Source: an uncultured beta proteobacterium
GTDB taxonomy: Bacteria; Pseudomonadota; Gammaproteobacteria; Burkholderiales; SG8-39
Assembly (NCBI GenBank): GCA_903899705.1
Contig: CAIUKQ010000192.1
Span: 103 to 64,102 of the forward strand
Direction of reading: 5' to 3'
DNA length: 64,000 bases
Shown: positions 48,072 through 58,531 of the stretch, in pieces
Layout of the letters: each line of letters begins with the position of its first letter
How positions within the stretch are numbered: the stretch's first letter is position 1
Translations under genes and position numbers: made by a program
The notes under the pieces: generated by a model
The model's input: only the letters and a program-made list of their open reading frames with translations
Databases searched by the model: none
What the model was told of the DNA's origin: nothing

Positions 48072-48391
48072 TCTGCCGGGGCGACGAACTGGCGGAATGC
48101 GGCGATGGCGTGCGTTTCGTTGTCGATCATCAGGGACGATCCGAACCCGCATTTGTCATCCGGTACGGGGGTGAAGTCCGGGCCTATATCAATCGCTGCA
48201 TGCATATTCCCTATGAACTTGATTGGCATCCGGGCAAGTTTTTCGATAGTGAGGGACTGGTTTTGATATGCTCGGTTCATGGTGCCAGCTACGATCCTGC
48301 GACAGGGCAATGCGTGGGCGGCCCCTGCTATCAAGGTCTTACCAATCTGACGGTCGAGGAAATTGCCGGCTTGGTGTACCTCGCCGAATGA
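48050..48391 (+). CDS. Rieske [2Fe-2S] domain protein
   Basis: CMHIPYEL...CSVHGASY (CxH...CxxH). The ORF track starts at 47969 inside the HAD gene; the GTG at 48050 was preferred, but the start is uncertain. Confidence 0.65.
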   Translation: MAETKRLICRGDELAECGDGVRFVVDHQGRSEPAFVIRYGGEVRAYINRCMHIPYELDWHPGKFFDSEGLVLICSVHGASYDPATGQCVGGPCYQGLTNLTVEEIAGLVYLAE

Positions 48392-48411
48392 AGAACTACT
48401 GAGGAAAGAAC

Positions 48412-49359
48412 ATGGCAGAGAACGGCGAGAGCTGGGAACGCGGCGTCATTGAAAAGCTGGCGACCGAAGCACTGAAGGAGCAGAGGCGCTCGCGGCGATG
48501 GGGGATATTGTTCAAGGTCCTCACGTTTGCCTATATCACGGTCGTTCTTGTTATGGCGTCGGGCTGGCGAGTGGATGGCGAATCTCTATCCGGGGAGAAG
48601 CACACGGCATTGGTGGATATTGCCGGCGTTATCGCCGCCGGGGGGGATGCGAGCGCGGAGCGAGTAATGTCCTCGTTGCAGGCTGCATTCAAGGACAAGA
48701 ACACCCAGGGCGTGATTCTCAGAATCAATTCGCCGGGTGGCAGTCCGGTGCAGGCCGGCATCATTTACGACGAGATACGCCGTTTGCGGGTCGCTCATCC
48801 GGACATTCCCATGTATGCGGTGGTCGAGGATATTTGCGCCTCCGGCGGGTATTACATTGCCGCTGCTGCCGATCGAATCTATGTGGACAAGGCCAGTATC
48901 GTCGGATCGATCGGCGTGATCATGGATGGTTGGGGGTTCACCGGCGCAATGCAGAAAGTGGGAGTGGAGCGCAGGGTGTTGGCAGCCGGAGAGAACAAGG
49001 CGTTCCTGGACCCATTTTCACCCGTCGACGAAAACCACAAGAAGTATGCGCAGGCCCTGCTTGCGGACATTCACGCCCAGTTCATCGACGTCGTTCGAAA
49101 GGGTCGTGGCAACCGCCTCAAGGAAACCCCGGACATGTTCTCCGGATTAATCTGGACCGGGGCCTCCAGTGTCGAGAACGGGCTGGCCGACGGCCTTGGC
49201 AGCATGGAATGGGTTGCCCGTGAGGTCATAAAAGCCGAGCAAATTGTTGATTATTCGGAGAAGCAGAATATTGCCGAGCGGTTTGCAAAAAGGTTTGGCG
49301 CGACCATGGCCGAATCCCTCTCACGCATTCTGGTTTCCGGCAATTTTTCGCTCCGCTAG
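48412..49359 (+). CDS. sppA: Signal peptide peptidase SppA, 36K type (S49 peptidase)
   Basis: N-terminal TM segment, then ILRINSPGGSPVQA, ASGGYYIAAAAD and IVGSIGV. Confidence 0.85.
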   Translation: MAENGESWERGVIEKLATEALKEQRRSRRWGILFKVLTFAYITVVLVMASGWRVDGESLSGEKHTALVDIAGVIAAGGDASAERVMSSLQAAFKDKNTQGVILRINSPGGSPVQAGIIYDEIRRLRVAHPDIPMYAVVEDICASGGYYIAAAADRIYVDKASIVGSIGVIMDGWGFTGAMQKVGVERRVLAAGENKAFLDPFSPVDENHKKYAQALLADIHAQFIDVVRKGRGNRLKETPDMFSGLIWTGASSVENGLADGLGSMEWVAREVIKAEQIVDYSEKQNIAERFAKRFGATMAESLSRILVSGNFSLR

Positions 49360-50058
49360 CATCAGAAACACACAGGGTTTCCCCTCCAGGTCGACCGGAA
49401 TCTTTCTCCAGGATTCGACGGGCAGCGTGGAAATTGCCTCTGTGGTCAGGGTCAGATCGCGTGCGAGGCAGATCAGTGTCGAGGCGCCGCAGGCTTGCAG
49501 CATCGCGGCAAGCAGTGCGCGATTCCGATAGGGCGTCTCGATAAAAATCTGCGTTTCACGTTCGATCCGCGAGCGTTCCTCGAATTTCCGGATGGCCCGG
49601 CTGCGCTCCGGTTCCTTGATCGGAAGATATCCGTGAAAGGAAAATCGCTGCGTTTCCAGGCCCGAGGCCATCAGCGCAAGGGTGACCGAGGAAGGGCCGG
49701 TCAGGGGGGCTACGCGCAAATTGGCGTCGTGCGCCAACCGGATCAGGGTCGCCCCCGGATCCGCCAGCGCGGGGCAACCGGCTTCGGAAAGGATTCCCGC
49801 ATCCTCTCCGCCCTGCATCCGGCTGATCATAAGAGCCAGTTCTTCGGGTGGCGTGGCATTGGTCAGGCGTTCGATGCGCAACTGCTGCATCGGCCCTGGA
49901 TGTGCGGTAAGTTTCAGGAACGCCCGCGCGGATTTGGGTTCTTCGACCAGGAAAAAGCGCAACTGGCGGATGCGTGCCAATACGGTCTCGGGTATCACAT
50001 CGGAAACATTGTCTCCGCCCAAACAATTGGGGAGGAGCCAAAGTGTTCCCGCGGGCAC
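49321..50058 (-). CDS. SAM-dependent methyltransferase of the tetrapyrrole-methylase fold (RsmI-like paralog)
   Basis: SEAGCPALADPGATLIRLA...PLTGPSSVTLALMASG...FHGYLP. The GTG start shares 1 nt with the yceF stop (TAGTG). Confidence 0.7.
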   Translation of the reverse strand: MPAGTLWLLPNCLGGDNVSDVIPETVLARIRQLRFFLVEEPKSARAFLKLTAHPGPMQQLRIERLTNATPPEELALMISRMQGGEDAGILSEAGCPALADPGATLIRLAHDANLRVAPLTGPSSVTLALMASGLETQRFSFHGYLPIKEPERSRAIRKFEERSRIERETQIFIETPYRNRALLAAMLQACGASTLICLARDLTLTTEAISTLPVESWRKIPVDLEGKPCVFLMLAERKIAGNQNA

Positions 50059-50633
50059 TATGGCACCTCCAGTCCGTGCTCCAGGAGAAGGTCCACGAGC
50101 GCAATTAACGGCAGTCCCACCAGTGCGTTGGGGTCATCACCGCCAAGCCTTTTGATCAAGGCAATGCCCAACCCCTCCGACTTAGCGCTGCCGGCGCAGT
50201 CATAGGGCTTTTCCTTTTGCAGATATCGTTCAATCGTCTCGGGCGACAGGGTCCGGAAGGTCACGTTGTTGACCACGGTTCGGAGCAGGGTGCGCTGGGT
50301 TGCGGTCGAATGAACGCACAAGGCCGTGTGGAAGACGGCCTCGCGGCCGGAAAGCAGGGTCAACTGGCGCACGGCGTTTTCATGCGTTCCCGGCTTTCCA
50401 AGGATTTCATCGCCGCAGACGGCGACCTGATCCGACCCGATGATTAGCGCATCGGTATAATCCTCTGCAACTTTTAGGGCTTTTGCTCGCGCCAGCCGCA
50501 CTGCAAGAGCTTCAGGCAGTTCACCTTCAAGCGGGCTTTCGTCAACGTCCGGGGCGGCGACACCAAACGGAATTCCGAACCGGGAAAGAAGTTCTTTGCG
50601 ATACCGGGATGTGGATGCGAGGATGATTTTCAC
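50058..50633 (-). CDS. yceF: Maf-like nucleoside triphosphate pyrophosphatase, YceF subfamily
   Basis: MKIILASTSRYRKELL...IIGSDQV...CAGSAKSEGLGIALI...DPNALVGLPLIAL. It is divergent from yceD-rpmF-plsX, as in E. coli. Confidence 0.9.
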   Translation of the reverse strand: MKIILASTSRYRKELLSRFGIPFGVAAPDVDESPLEGELPEALAVRLARAKALKVAEDYTDALIIGSDQVAVCGDEILGKPGTHENAVRQLTLLSGREAVFHTALCVHSTATQRTLLRTVVNNVTFRTLSPETIERYLQKEKPYDCAGSAKSEGLGIALIKRLGGDDPNALVGLPLIALVDLLLEHGLEVP

Positions 50634-50740
50634 GATATGAAACCGGACGCCGATGCAGGTGCGTAAAACAGCGGTAACACCCTGAACAGCTTGGAATTTA
50701 TTTTGACATCAGAAGCCCGACATACTATCATGCGCGCCCT

Positions 50741-51226
50741 ATGTTGCTAGCAGGCGCGATCGATGGCCTCCAGTTTGCCCACGATGGCAGGGAGTTGCGC
50801 GGGACCATCGGTCTGGCCGATCTTTCGCGTCTCGCAGAGATGTCCTGCAAAACTTCTGGAATGGGTTACTTCCTCCGGGGTTGTCTGAATCCGGCTGGAA
50901 AGCCGAGTATCGAAGTCAGGGTTGAGGGAAGCTTGGAACTGGTTTGCCAGCGTTGTCTGGAACCGTTTGATTTTGTTGTAAATGTTGATGTAATGCTGGA
51001 ACTCTGCAATGACATCGGTGGGATTGCACTGGCAGAGGATGAGATTGACCGGGTACTTGCTGAGTCCGAGATGAGCGTCGCGCGCCTTGTGGAGGACGAA
51101 ATAATTCTTGTCCTTCCGCAGGTGCCCAGACACGAGAAGTGTGGTGTTGAAGAACTGGTTGCGCAGCAGCAAAGGGTTTCCCCCTTCGGTGTGCTGGCAG
51201 CGTTGAAAAAGCGCGACGGCGATTAA
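50741..51226 (+). CDS. yceD: YceD (DUF177) 23S rRNA accumulation protein
   Basis: 161 aa with the CQRCLEPF zinc-ribbon-like motif. It sits directly upstream of rpmF. Confidence 0.8.
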   Translation: MLLAGAIDGLQFAHDGRELRGTIGLADLSRLAEMSCKTSGMGYFLRGCLNPAGKPSIEVRVEGSLELVCQRCLEPFDFVVNVDVMLELCNDIGGIALAEDEIDRVLAESEMSVARLVEDEIILVLPQVPRHEKCGVEELVAQQQRVSPFGVLAALKKRDGD

Positions 51227-51267
51227 GTCGTCTGCATCTATAAGTAGAGAATCGAAGGAGCACGACC

Positions 51268-51447
51268 ATGGCTGTACAGCAGAACAAGAAGTCACCCTCA
51301 AAACGTGGGATGCACCGCTCACACGATTTTCTGATCGCGCCCCCCTTGGCCGTCGAACCGACGACCGGTGAAGTGCATCTGCGCCATCACGTCAGTCCCA
51401 CAGGCTATTACCGCGGCAAAAAAGTGGCCAAAGGCAGGGGCGACTAG
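51268..51447 (+). CDS. rpmF: 50S ribosomal protein L32
   Basis: [22 protein letters not shown]... (59 aa, below the ORF-track cutoff). GAAGGAG SD upstream. Confidence 0.95.
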   Translation: MAVQQNKKSPSKRGMHRSHDFLIAPPLAVEPTTGEVHLRHHVSPTGYYRGKKVAKGRGD

Positions 51448-51521
51448 GGCAGGTCACCAGGCAGGGTTTCGTTCCAGAATGCCCTGCGTCTTAATGGGAA
51501 TACCGATTTTCGAGGCGGCCC

Positions 51522-52532
51522 ATGGCCTTCACCATCGCGATTGACTGCATGGGCGGCGACCACGGTCCGCATGTCACGGTTCCCGCGGCCCTCGATTTTC
51601 TCGACATGTACGGTGACACCGACATCGTGCTTGTGGGGTTGCGCGATCGCATTGACGCGGAACTCCGGCGTGCCGGCAACCGGCATGCAACCCGGATACG
51701 CGTCCACCACGCGCCGGAAATCGTTTCGATGGACGAATCTCCATTGATCGCTTTGCGCGGCAAAAAGGAATCATCCATCCGGCTCGCCGCCGAACTGGTC
51801 AAGAGCGGTGAGGCCCAGGCTCTGGTCAGTGCGGGCAATACCGGCGCGCTGATGGCAATCTCCCGCTATGTGCTGAAGACATTGCCGGGCATCGACCGCC
51901 CCGCAATAATTTCTGTCCTCCCCTCGAAGACCGGCGGCACCTATGTCCTGGACCTCGGGGCCAACGTCGACAGCACCGCCGAACATCTGCTGCAATTTGC
52001 GATCATGGGTTCTGTCCTCGTTTCTGCCGTCGAGCACAAGGAAAAGCCGACGGTGGGCCTCCTCAACATCGGCGAAGAAGACATCAAGGGCACCGAAGTG
52101 GTCAAGAAGACCGCCGGGTTGCTGCGCGCCAGCGGACTGAACTTCATCGGCAATGTCGAGGGCGATGATATTTTCAAGGGCAGATGCGATGTGGTTGTCT
52201 GTGACGGGTTCGTCGGCAACGTCGCATTGAAATCAGCGGAGGGACTCGCCCAGATGCTTGGAACGTTTCTCAAGGAAGAGTTGAGCCGGAGCATTCTCCG
52301 GAAGGCCATTGCGCTGGTGGCGGCGCCCGTGCTCATGGCGTTCAAGCGGCGCGTTGACCATCGAACCTACAATGGCGCGACACTTGTCGGATTGAATGGC
52401 GTAGTTGTCAAAAGCCATGGGTCCGCGGACCAGTTCAGCTATCGCCGCGCCATCGAACGGGCGCGCGAGGAGGTGGAGAATGACGTCATTCCGCGATTGA
52501 CCCGCAGCCTCGCAAGTCTGGAAGCCGCATGA
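51522..52532 (+). CDS. plsX: Phosphate acyltransferase PlsX
   Basis: Starts [24 protein letters not shown], with [13 protein letters not shown]. Confidence 0.95.
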   Translation: MAFTIAIDCMGGDHGPHVTVPAALDFLDMYGDTDIVLVGLRDRIDAELRRAGNRHATRIRVHHAPEIVSMDESPLIALRGKKESSIRLAAELVKSGEAQALVSAGNTGALMAISRYVLKTLPGIDRPAIISVLPSKTGGTYVLDLGANVDSTAEHLLQFAIMGSVLVSAVEHKEKPTVGLLNIGEEDIKGTEVVKKTAGLLRASGLNFIGNVEGDDIFKGRCDVVVCDGFVGNVALKSAEGLAQMLGTFLKEELSRSILRKAIALVAAPVLMAFKRRVDHRTYNGATLVGLNGVVVKSHGSADQFSYRRAIERAREEVENDVIPRLTRSLASLEAA

Positions 52533-53488
52533 TCTGGTCGCGAATCGCCGGTACCGGCAGTTATCTGCCGGAGCGGGTTGTCACCAATGCCGATCTTGCG
52601 CGGACCATGGACACTTCGGACGAATGGATCCGCGGACGCACCGGCATCGGGCAGCGCCACATTGCAGGCGAGTCACAGGGCAGCAGCGACCTCGCGCTGA
52701 AGGCTTGCGAGGCCGCGCTTCTGGCGGCAAACGTGCCGGCACAGGACATTGACCTGATCATTTTTGCAACCTCGACACCCGACCAGATCTTTCCCAGCAG
52801 CGCCTGCCTGCTGCAAAGCAAGCTGGGAATCAGGGGGGGGGCGGCATTTGACATTCAGGCGGTTTGCAGTGGTTTCGTCTACGCATTGAGCATCGCAGAC
52901 AAGTTCATTCGCAGCGGCCAGAACAAGTGCGCGCTGGTTGTTGGCGCAGAAGTGTTTTCACGGATTCTCGACTGGAACGACCGCTCAACGGCGGTCCTTT
53001 TCGGCGATGGAGCCGGCGCCGTCGTGTTGAAGGCGGATTCGACGCCGGGAATTCTTGGCAGCGTGTTGAGGGCGGATGGATCTCAGGCCGGAATGCTGTC
53101 CGTGCCCGGAACGGTTTGCGGCGGAAAGGTCAGGGGCACACCTTTCGTGCAAATGGACGGGCAGGGTGTCTTCAAGTTCGCGGTCAGGGTGCTGGATGAG
53201 GTGGCGCGCGAGACGCTTGCGCAATGCGGCATGAGCATTGGGGATGTCGACTGGCTGGTTCCGCATCAGGCCAATGTGCGCATTCTCGACGCGACGGCGA
53301 AGCGGTTGGGCATTCCCGCGGAGCGCGTGGTGGTCACGGTTGATCGCCACGCGAACACGTCTGCCGCATCAATTCCACTTGCGCTCGATTGCGCCGTCAG
53401 GGATGGGCGAATCAAGCGCGGACACAAGGTTCTTCTGGAAGGCGTCGGCGGAGGCTTTACATGGGGCGCCGTACTGCTTGAGTACTGA
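52529..53488 (+). CDS. fabH: 3-oxoacyl-ACP synthase III
   Basis: [10 protein letters not shown] (active Cys), VPHQANVRI and GGGFTWGA. The ATGA overlaps the plsX stop. Confidence 0.95.
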   Translation: MIWSRIAGTGSYLPERVVTNADLARTMDTSDEWIRGRTGIGQRHIAGESQGSSDLALKACEAALLAANVPAQDIDLIIFATSTPDQIFPSSACLLQSKLGIRGGAAFDIQAVCSGFVYALSIADKFIRSGQNKCALVVGAEVFSRILDWNDRSTAVLFGDGAGAVVLKADSTPGILGSVLRADGSQAGMLSVPGTVCGGKVRGTPFVQMDGQGVFKFAVRVLDEVARETLAQCGMSIGDVDWLVPHQANVRILDATAKRLGIPAERVVVTVDRHANTSAASIPLALDCAVRDGRIKRGHKVLLEGVGGGFTWGAVLLEY

Positions 53489-53515
53489 TTCGCATACGGG
53501 TAAAAGGGAGCACGG

Positions 53516-54445
53516 GTGAAACTGGCGATGGTATTTCCAGGGCAGGGCTCACAGTCCGTGGGCATGATGAATGCGTATGGCGATCTCCCGGAGATTCGCC
53601 ATACGATCGCCGAAGCATCGGATATCCTCGGGGAAAACATCGGCAAGCTGATTGCGGAGGGACCGGCCGGGGAATTGAACCGGACCGTCAACACCCAACC
53701 CGTCATGGTCACGGCCGATGTGGCGGTTTATCGGGCATGGCGTGCACTGGGCGGGGAAGCCCCTTGCATGGTTGCCGGCCACAGTCTGGGTGAATATGCA
53801 GCGCTGGTTGTTGCCGGTGCGCTGTCCTTCGCCGATTGTCTTCCCCTTGTGCGATTACGGGCGATTGCAATGCAGGAGGCGGTGCCCGAAGGCGTCGGGG
53901 CGATGGCTGCAATCCTTGGGCTCGATGATGACGCGGTGATGGCGGCCTGTCTTGAGGCTTCGCAGGGTGAGGTGGTCGAGGCCGTCAATTTCAATGCGCC
54001 GGCGCAGGTGGTTATTGCCGGACACGCCGCCGCAGTAAAGAGGGGCATGGATGCCGCGAAAAGCCGAGGTGCCAAACGCGCGCTGCAGTTGCCGGTGAGC
54101 GCGCCGTTCCATTCATCGCTGATGGCGCCGGCAGCCCTGCGCCTGAAGCAGGCATTGGCACAGATCGCGATCGAGGCACCGTCAATTCCGGTCATACACA
54201 ATCTGAACGCGATGACCTGCACGCAACCGGACAAGATCCGCGAATTTCTTTTTGGCCAGGCAGATCATCCGGTCAGATGGACGCAATGCATCATGGCGAT
54301 GGCCGCCTGCGGGGTGACGCATGTCTACGAGTGCGGACCCGGAAAGGTTCTTTCACCGCTTACAAAAAGGATTTGCGCGGACCTTCAGTCACTAGCCCTG
54401 ACGGATCGCGACGCCATAAGCCAGGGGTTGCAGGCCAATGTTTAG
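53516..54445 (+). CDS. fabD: Malonyl-CoA-ACP transacylase
   Basis: VFPGQGSQSVGM, GHSLGEYAALV and LPVSAPFHS. GTG start. Confidence 0.95.
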   Translation: MKLAMVFPGQGSQSVGMMNAYGDLPEIRHTIAEASDILGENIGKLIAEGPAGELNRTVNTQPVMVTADVAVYRAWRALGGEAPCMVAGHSLGEYAALVVAGALSFADCLPLVRLRAIAMQEAVPEGVGAMAAILGLDDDAVMAACLEASQGEVVEAVNFNAPAQVVIAGHAAAVKRGMDAAKSRGAKRALQLPVSAPFHSSLMAPAALRLKQALAQIAIEAPSIPVIHNLNAMTCTQPDKIREFLFGQADHPVRWTQCIMAMAACGVTHVYECGPGKVLSPLTKRICADLQSLALTDRDAISQGLQANV

Positions 54446-55193
54446 CGACAAATTGCTGGAAAATCAGGTTGCGCTGGTCACCGGTGCGAGTCGCGGCATC
54501 GGCAGGGCCGTTGCAGGCGCCCTCGGCGCCCTTGGCGCAACCGTCATTGGCACGGGAACCACACAGACCGGTGCTTTGACAGTGGATGAATATCTTTCGG
54601 CGCAATCCGCCCGCGGGCGTGGCGCAGTCCTTGATGTCAATGATGACGCAGCGATTGCGGCGCTTATCGAGGGCATTGAAAAGGAATTCGGGCCTGTCTC
54701 GATACTTGTCAACAATGCAGGCATCACGCAGGACAACCTGGCCATTCGCATGAAAGAGGCGGAATGGGACGCGGTCATAGATACTGATTTGAAATCCGTT
54801 TTCCGGCTGTCCAAGGCAGTATTGCGCGGGATGATGAAAGCCCGCGCGGGTCGGATCATCAATATCACTTCAGTGGTTGGCGAGACAGGCAACCCCGGCC
54901 AGGTTAATTACGCGGCGGCCAAAGCGGGAGTTGCAGGGTTCACGCGCTCGCTTGCGCGAGAGATCGGCAGTCGCGGCATAACAGTCAATTGCATCGCGCC
55001 CGGATTCATTGAAACCGACATGACGAACTCGATGACGGATGTGCAACGGGCGGCAATGCTGGGCCAGATTCCGCTTGCGCGGCTGGGCACCGCCGCGGAA
55101 GTTGCGGGCGCGGTTTGTTATCTTGCTTCGCCGTCCGCAGCCTACATTACCGGTACCACAATCCATGTCAACGGCGGCATGTTCATGAGTTGA
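54438..55193 (+). CDS. fabG: 3-oxoacyl-ACP reductase
   Basis: [17 protein letters not shown] and [16 protein letters not shown]. It overlaps the fabD 3' end by 8 nt. Confidence 0.95.
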   Translation: MFSDKLLENQVALVTGASRGIGRAVAGALGALGATVIGTGTTQTGALTVDEYLSAQSARGRGAVLDVNDDAAIAALIEGIEKEFGPVSILVNNAGITQDNLAIRMKEAEWDAVIDTDLKSVFRLSKAVLRGMMKARAGRIINITSVVGETGNPGQVNYAAAKAGVAGFTRSLAREIGSRGITVNCIAPGFIETDMTNSMTDVQRAAMLGQIPLARLGTAAEVAGAVCYLASPSAAYITGTTIHVNGGMFMS

Positions 55194-55282
55194 TTGGCGA
55201 TCATTGGGATCGACCGGATCTGATACAATTCGCGCCTCAAAAACCGGGGTGCCGGCGCTCTACAGGGGAGAAAGAGTTCAAA

Positions 55283-55525
55283 ATGGAAAATATTGAGCAA
55301 CGCGTCAAGAAGATAGTTGCCGAGCAGCTTGGTGTCAACGAGACCGAGATCAAGATTGAATCGTCATTTGTCGATGATCTGGGTGCGGATTCCCTCGATA
55401 CAGTCGAGCTGGTGATGGCCCTTGAGGAGGAATTTGAAACCGAAATTCCCGATGAAGATGCGGAAAAGATCACCACGGTTCGCCAGGCGATTGACTACGT
55501 TTCTTCGCACTCCAAGGCTGCTTAA
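55283..55525 (+). CDS. acpP: Acyl carrier protein
   Basis: [18 protein letters not shown]...[20 protein letters not shown] (phosphopantetheine Ser). ORF 55115..55525 was trimmed to the ATG at 55283. Confidence 0.95.
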   Translation: MENIEQRVKKIVAEQLGVNETEIKIESSFVDDLGADSLDTVELVMALEEEFETEIPDEDAEKITTVRQAIDYVSSHSKAA

Positions 55526-55552
55526 GCCCCCGTTCAATCGTCTGGGCCACAT

Positions 55553-56791
55553 TTGAGCCGCCGTAGAGTCGTTGTCACCGGCCTGGGAATCATCTCACCG
55601 GTTGGCAATACAGTTTCGGACTCCTGGACAGCGATCCTGTCAGGGCAATCGGGCATCGGCCCGATAACCCGCTTTGATGCCAGCGCCTACAGTTCCCGCA
55701 TCGCCGGTGAGGTCAAGAATTTTGCCGTCGAAAAATATCTTTCGGGCAAGGAAGCAAGGCGCTTCGATACCTTCATCCATTACGGCCTCGCGGCGGGCAT
55801 CGATGCCATCAAGGATTCCGGCATTGCCCTGGACACGGAAGATCTGACCCAGATCGGTGTCTGCATCGGATCCGGAATCGGCGGATTGCCGCTGATAGAG
55901 GAAACGCATTCCGCGCTTCTGGACGGTGGGCCGCGGAAGATTTCGCCGTTCTTCGTGCCTGGCACGATCATCAACCTGATCTCGGGCCAGTTGTCGATCA
56001 TGTACGGACTCAAAGGCCCGAATTTTGCGGTTGTCACTGCCTGCACCACGGCAAACCACTGCATAGGCGAGGCGGGACGCCTGATTGAATACGGCGATGC
56101 CGACATCATGATCGCCGGCGGCGCCGAATCCACCATTTCCCCCTTGGGTGTGGGTGGTTTTTGTGCGGCAAGGGCGCTGTCGGTGCGAAACGACGACCCC
56201 GAGCACGCCAGCCGCCCCTGGGACAAGGAGCGTGACGGCTTCGTACTTGGTGAGGGGGCGGGAGTCCTTGTCCTGGAGGAATTCGAGCACGCGAAAAAGC
56301 GCGGCGCGAGAATTTATTGCGAACTGGCCGGATACGGCATGAGCGCCGACGCACACCATATCACCGCACCCAGCGAAGATGGCGAAGGTGCGGCACGGTG
56401 CATGGCGAACGCGATGCGCAACGCCGGTTTGAATGCGGAGCAGGTGGACTACATCAACGCACACGGCACCTCGACCCCTCTGGGCGACATTGCGGAAACC
56501 ATTGCAGTCAAACGCGCGTTTGGCACGCGTGCGGGCAAGATTGCCATCAGTTCTACCAAGTCCATGACAGGACACCTGCTAGGTGCGGCCGGCGGAATTG
56601 AAGCGGTATTTTCCGCTTTGGCGGTCAAGGAACAGATTGCGCCGCCGACTGCAAACCTGACAACTCCCGACCCGGCATGCGATCTGGACTATGTTCCCAA
56701 TGCCCCGCGGCCGATGGCTATTCGAGCCGCGCTGTCCAATTCCTTCGGATTCGGCGGCACCAACGGGTCATTGCTTTTCACACGGATTTGA
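55553..56791 (+). CDS. fabF: 3-oxoacyl-ACP synthase II
   Basis: [20 protein letters not shown] (active Cys), [11 protein letters not shown] and [15 protein letters not shown] start. Confidence 0.95.
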   Translation: MSRRRVVVTGLGIISPVGNTVSDSWTAILSGQSGIGPITRFDASAYSSRIAGEVKNFAVEKYLSGKEARRFDTFIHYGLAAGIDAIKDSGIALDTEDLTQIGVCIGSGIGGLPLIEETHSALLDGGPRKISPFFVPGTIINLISGQLSIMYGLKGPNFAVVTACTTANHCIGEAGRLIEYGDADIMIAGGAESTISPLGVGGFCAARALSVRNDDPEHASRPWDKERDGFVLGEGAGVLVLEEFEHAKKRGARIYCELAGYGMSADAHHITAPSEDGEGAARCMANAMRNAGLNAEQVDYINAHGTSTPLGDIAETIAVKRAFGTRAGKIAISSTKSMTGHLLGAAGGIEAVFSALAVKEQIAPPTANLTTPDPACDLDYVPNAPRPMAIRAALSNSFGFGGTNGSLLFTRI

Positions 56792-57207
56792 CCCCTGTTT
56801 GCCGGCTGGCGCTGAAACCGTCGCCACGCCAGGCCTTCGCAATGGCGGCCATGCATGCCCTGGCCGCGCTGGCGGCGACTGTCGGTCTTGAAGGTCCTGC
56901 CATGGTCCTGGTGTTGATTGGCGTGGCGCTATCGGCATACCGGAGTGTCGCCAATCCCATGCTCTGGCTTGAAAGCGCGGTTGCCGGCTTTGAAATCATG
57001 CCTGACGGCACTGGACAGTGGTCCGACTGCCGGGGAGGGTGGCATTCGGCGAGCCGCATCAGGGTCACCTGGTGCGGAGACCTGTTGATTGTCATTGGAT
57101 TCTGGCGGCAGGGGGCCTCTTGGCGCTGGCTGCTTCTGACGCCGGACGCCGCTTCGCCGGATGGTCTTCGTGCCCTGCGGGTATGGGCCCGCTGGAGGCC
57201 GGATTGA
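56788..57207 (+). CDS. Small two-TM membrane protein resembling YgfX/CptA (DUF1434-like)
   Basis: Two hydrophobic helices ([17 protein letters not shown] and [15 protein letters not shown]) are followed by ...[13 protein letters not shown]...[25 protein letters not shown]. This layout is like E. coli YgfX recalled from memory. The start is uncertain: TTG at 56788 overlapping the fabF stop, or ATG at 56842. Confidence 0.4.
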   Translation: MTPVCRLALKPSPRQAFAMAAMHALAALAATVGLEGPAMVLVLIGVALSAYRSVANPMLWLESAVAGFEIMPDGTGQWSDCRGGWHSASRIRVTWCGDLLIVIGFWRQGASWRWLLLTPDAASPDGLRALRVWARWRPD

Positions 57208-57308
57208 AAAGCTCAAATGCCACCGGTATGGAAGCGGCACCCCGGCTGCGGGCACAAGGGTGCCTGAGGAAACAAAGGGGATTCCCGTTGGAAGCCAAAG
57301 CAATATTT

Positions 57309-57335
57309 GAACTATTCGTTTGCACGGCTGTCTTT
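57309..57335 (+). promoter_or_regulatory. Candidate sigmaE/AlgU-type autoregulated promoter of rpoE
   Basis: GAACTA (57309-57314), a 16-nt spacer, then TCTTT (57331-57335), about 90 nt upstream of the rpoE ATG. Compare the consensus GAACTT-N16-TCTGA/TCAAA. Confidence 0.35.
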
Positions 57336-57425
57336 ACGCTAAGAAATACCGGGTTGTGAGCCACGCTATACTGCCAGTGCCGTTTTCAGAGGCGACAGCT
57401 CAAATAGAACGCTTGGGATTGCGCA

Positions 57426-58025
57426 ATGAATGACCGTGAGCTGGACCAGCAGCTCGTGGAGCGGGCGCAGCGTGGAGACAAACATGCATTTGAACTGCTC
57501 GTATCCAAATACCAGCGCAAGCTTGTGCGGCTGCTGTCAAGGTACATGCGTGACCAGGGCGAGGTTGAGGATGTGGCGCAAGAGGCATTCATCAAGGCCT
57601 ACAGGGCCCTGGGGAGCTTTCGTGGGGACAGTGCTTTTTACACATGGCTTTACCGGATAGGCATCAATACAGCGAAGAATTTCCTGATTTCTTCGGGGCG
57701 GCGCGCACCAACCTCAACGGAGCACGATGCCGAAGAGGCGGAGACCTTTGACGAAGGCGATCAGTTGAGGGACATCAATACGCCGGAGAGCCTATTGATG
57801 TCCAAGGAAATCGCCGCGACGGTCAATGCTGCGATTGAAGGCTTGCCGGAGGAAATGCGAACCGCGATCATGCTGCGGGAGATTGACGGATTGAGCTACG
57901 AGGAAATCGCCGTGATCATGGGTTGCCCGATCGGGACGGTCAGGTCGAGAATTTTCCGTGCGCGGGAGGACATTGCGGTAAAGCTGCGGCCCGTGTTGGA
58001 CAAAAGCAAGGACCAGAGGTGGTAG
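57426..58025 (+). CDS. rpoE: ECF sigma factor sigma-E (RpoE/AlgU)
   Basis: DQQLVERAQRGDKHAFELLVSKYQRKL, FYTWLYRIGINTAKN and LSYEEIAVIMGCPIGTVRSRIFRARE. Confidence 0.95.
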   Translation: MNDRELDQQLVERAQRGDKHAFELLVSKYQRKLVRLLSRYMRDQGEVEDVAQEAFIKAYRALGSFRGDSAFYTWLYRIGINTAKNFLISSGRRAPTSTEHDAEEAETFDEGDQLRDINTPESLLMSKEIAATVNAAIEGLPEEMRTAIMLREIDGLSYEEIAVIMGCPIGTVRSRIFRAREDIAVKLRPVLDKSKDQRW

Positions 58026-58030
58026 CCCCT

Positions 58031-58531
58031 ATGAACGAAGAATTGTCCTCGATGGTGGATGGCGAACTGGACGAAGCCGGACTGGCCTCGCAGTTGTCGA
58101 TACTCCGTGAAAGCGCCGAGGCGCGCGCAGCTTGGGACACTTGCCATCTCATTGGAGACACTCTTCGCGGCCATGTTGCGCCCGATATCTGCTCCCGGGT
58201 ATCGGCGCGACTTGCCGCCGAACCGACCCAATTGGTCCCCGTGATCAGGGCTGCAAAGGTGAAAGCTGTCGGTGCGTGGGCCATGTCGCTGGCTGCAGGC
58301 GCGGCAGCCGTGGCGCTGGTCGTGTGGACGGTGCTCCCCGGCATACGCGGAGACCTTCAGGTCGCTCAAAATTCGCCCGTTCCGCAGCAGGTACCTGCTC
58401 CCCCGTCGCCGGCTGCGAACCCGGTCGCCGATTATCTGCTCGCCCATCAGAGGTATTCAACGACCAACGCGATGCAGGGTGTGGCGCCGTACGTGCGCAC
58501 CGTGGCCGACGAGAGCGAGTCGCAACGATGA
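58031..58531 (+). CDS. rseA: Anti-sigma-E factor RseA/MucA
   Basis: MNEELSSMVDGELDE...W..YHLIGD-like N-terminal domain with a central TM segment. ORF 57923..58531 was trimmed to the ATG at 58031. Confidence 0.85.
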   Translation: MNEELSSMVDGELDEAGLASQLSILRESAEARAAWDTCHLIGDTLRGHVAPDICSRVSARLAAEPTQLVPVIRAAKVKAVGAWAMSLAAGAAAVALVVWTVLPGIRGDLQVAQNSPVPQQVPAPPSPAANPVADYLLAHQRYSTTNAMQGVAPYVRTVADESESQR

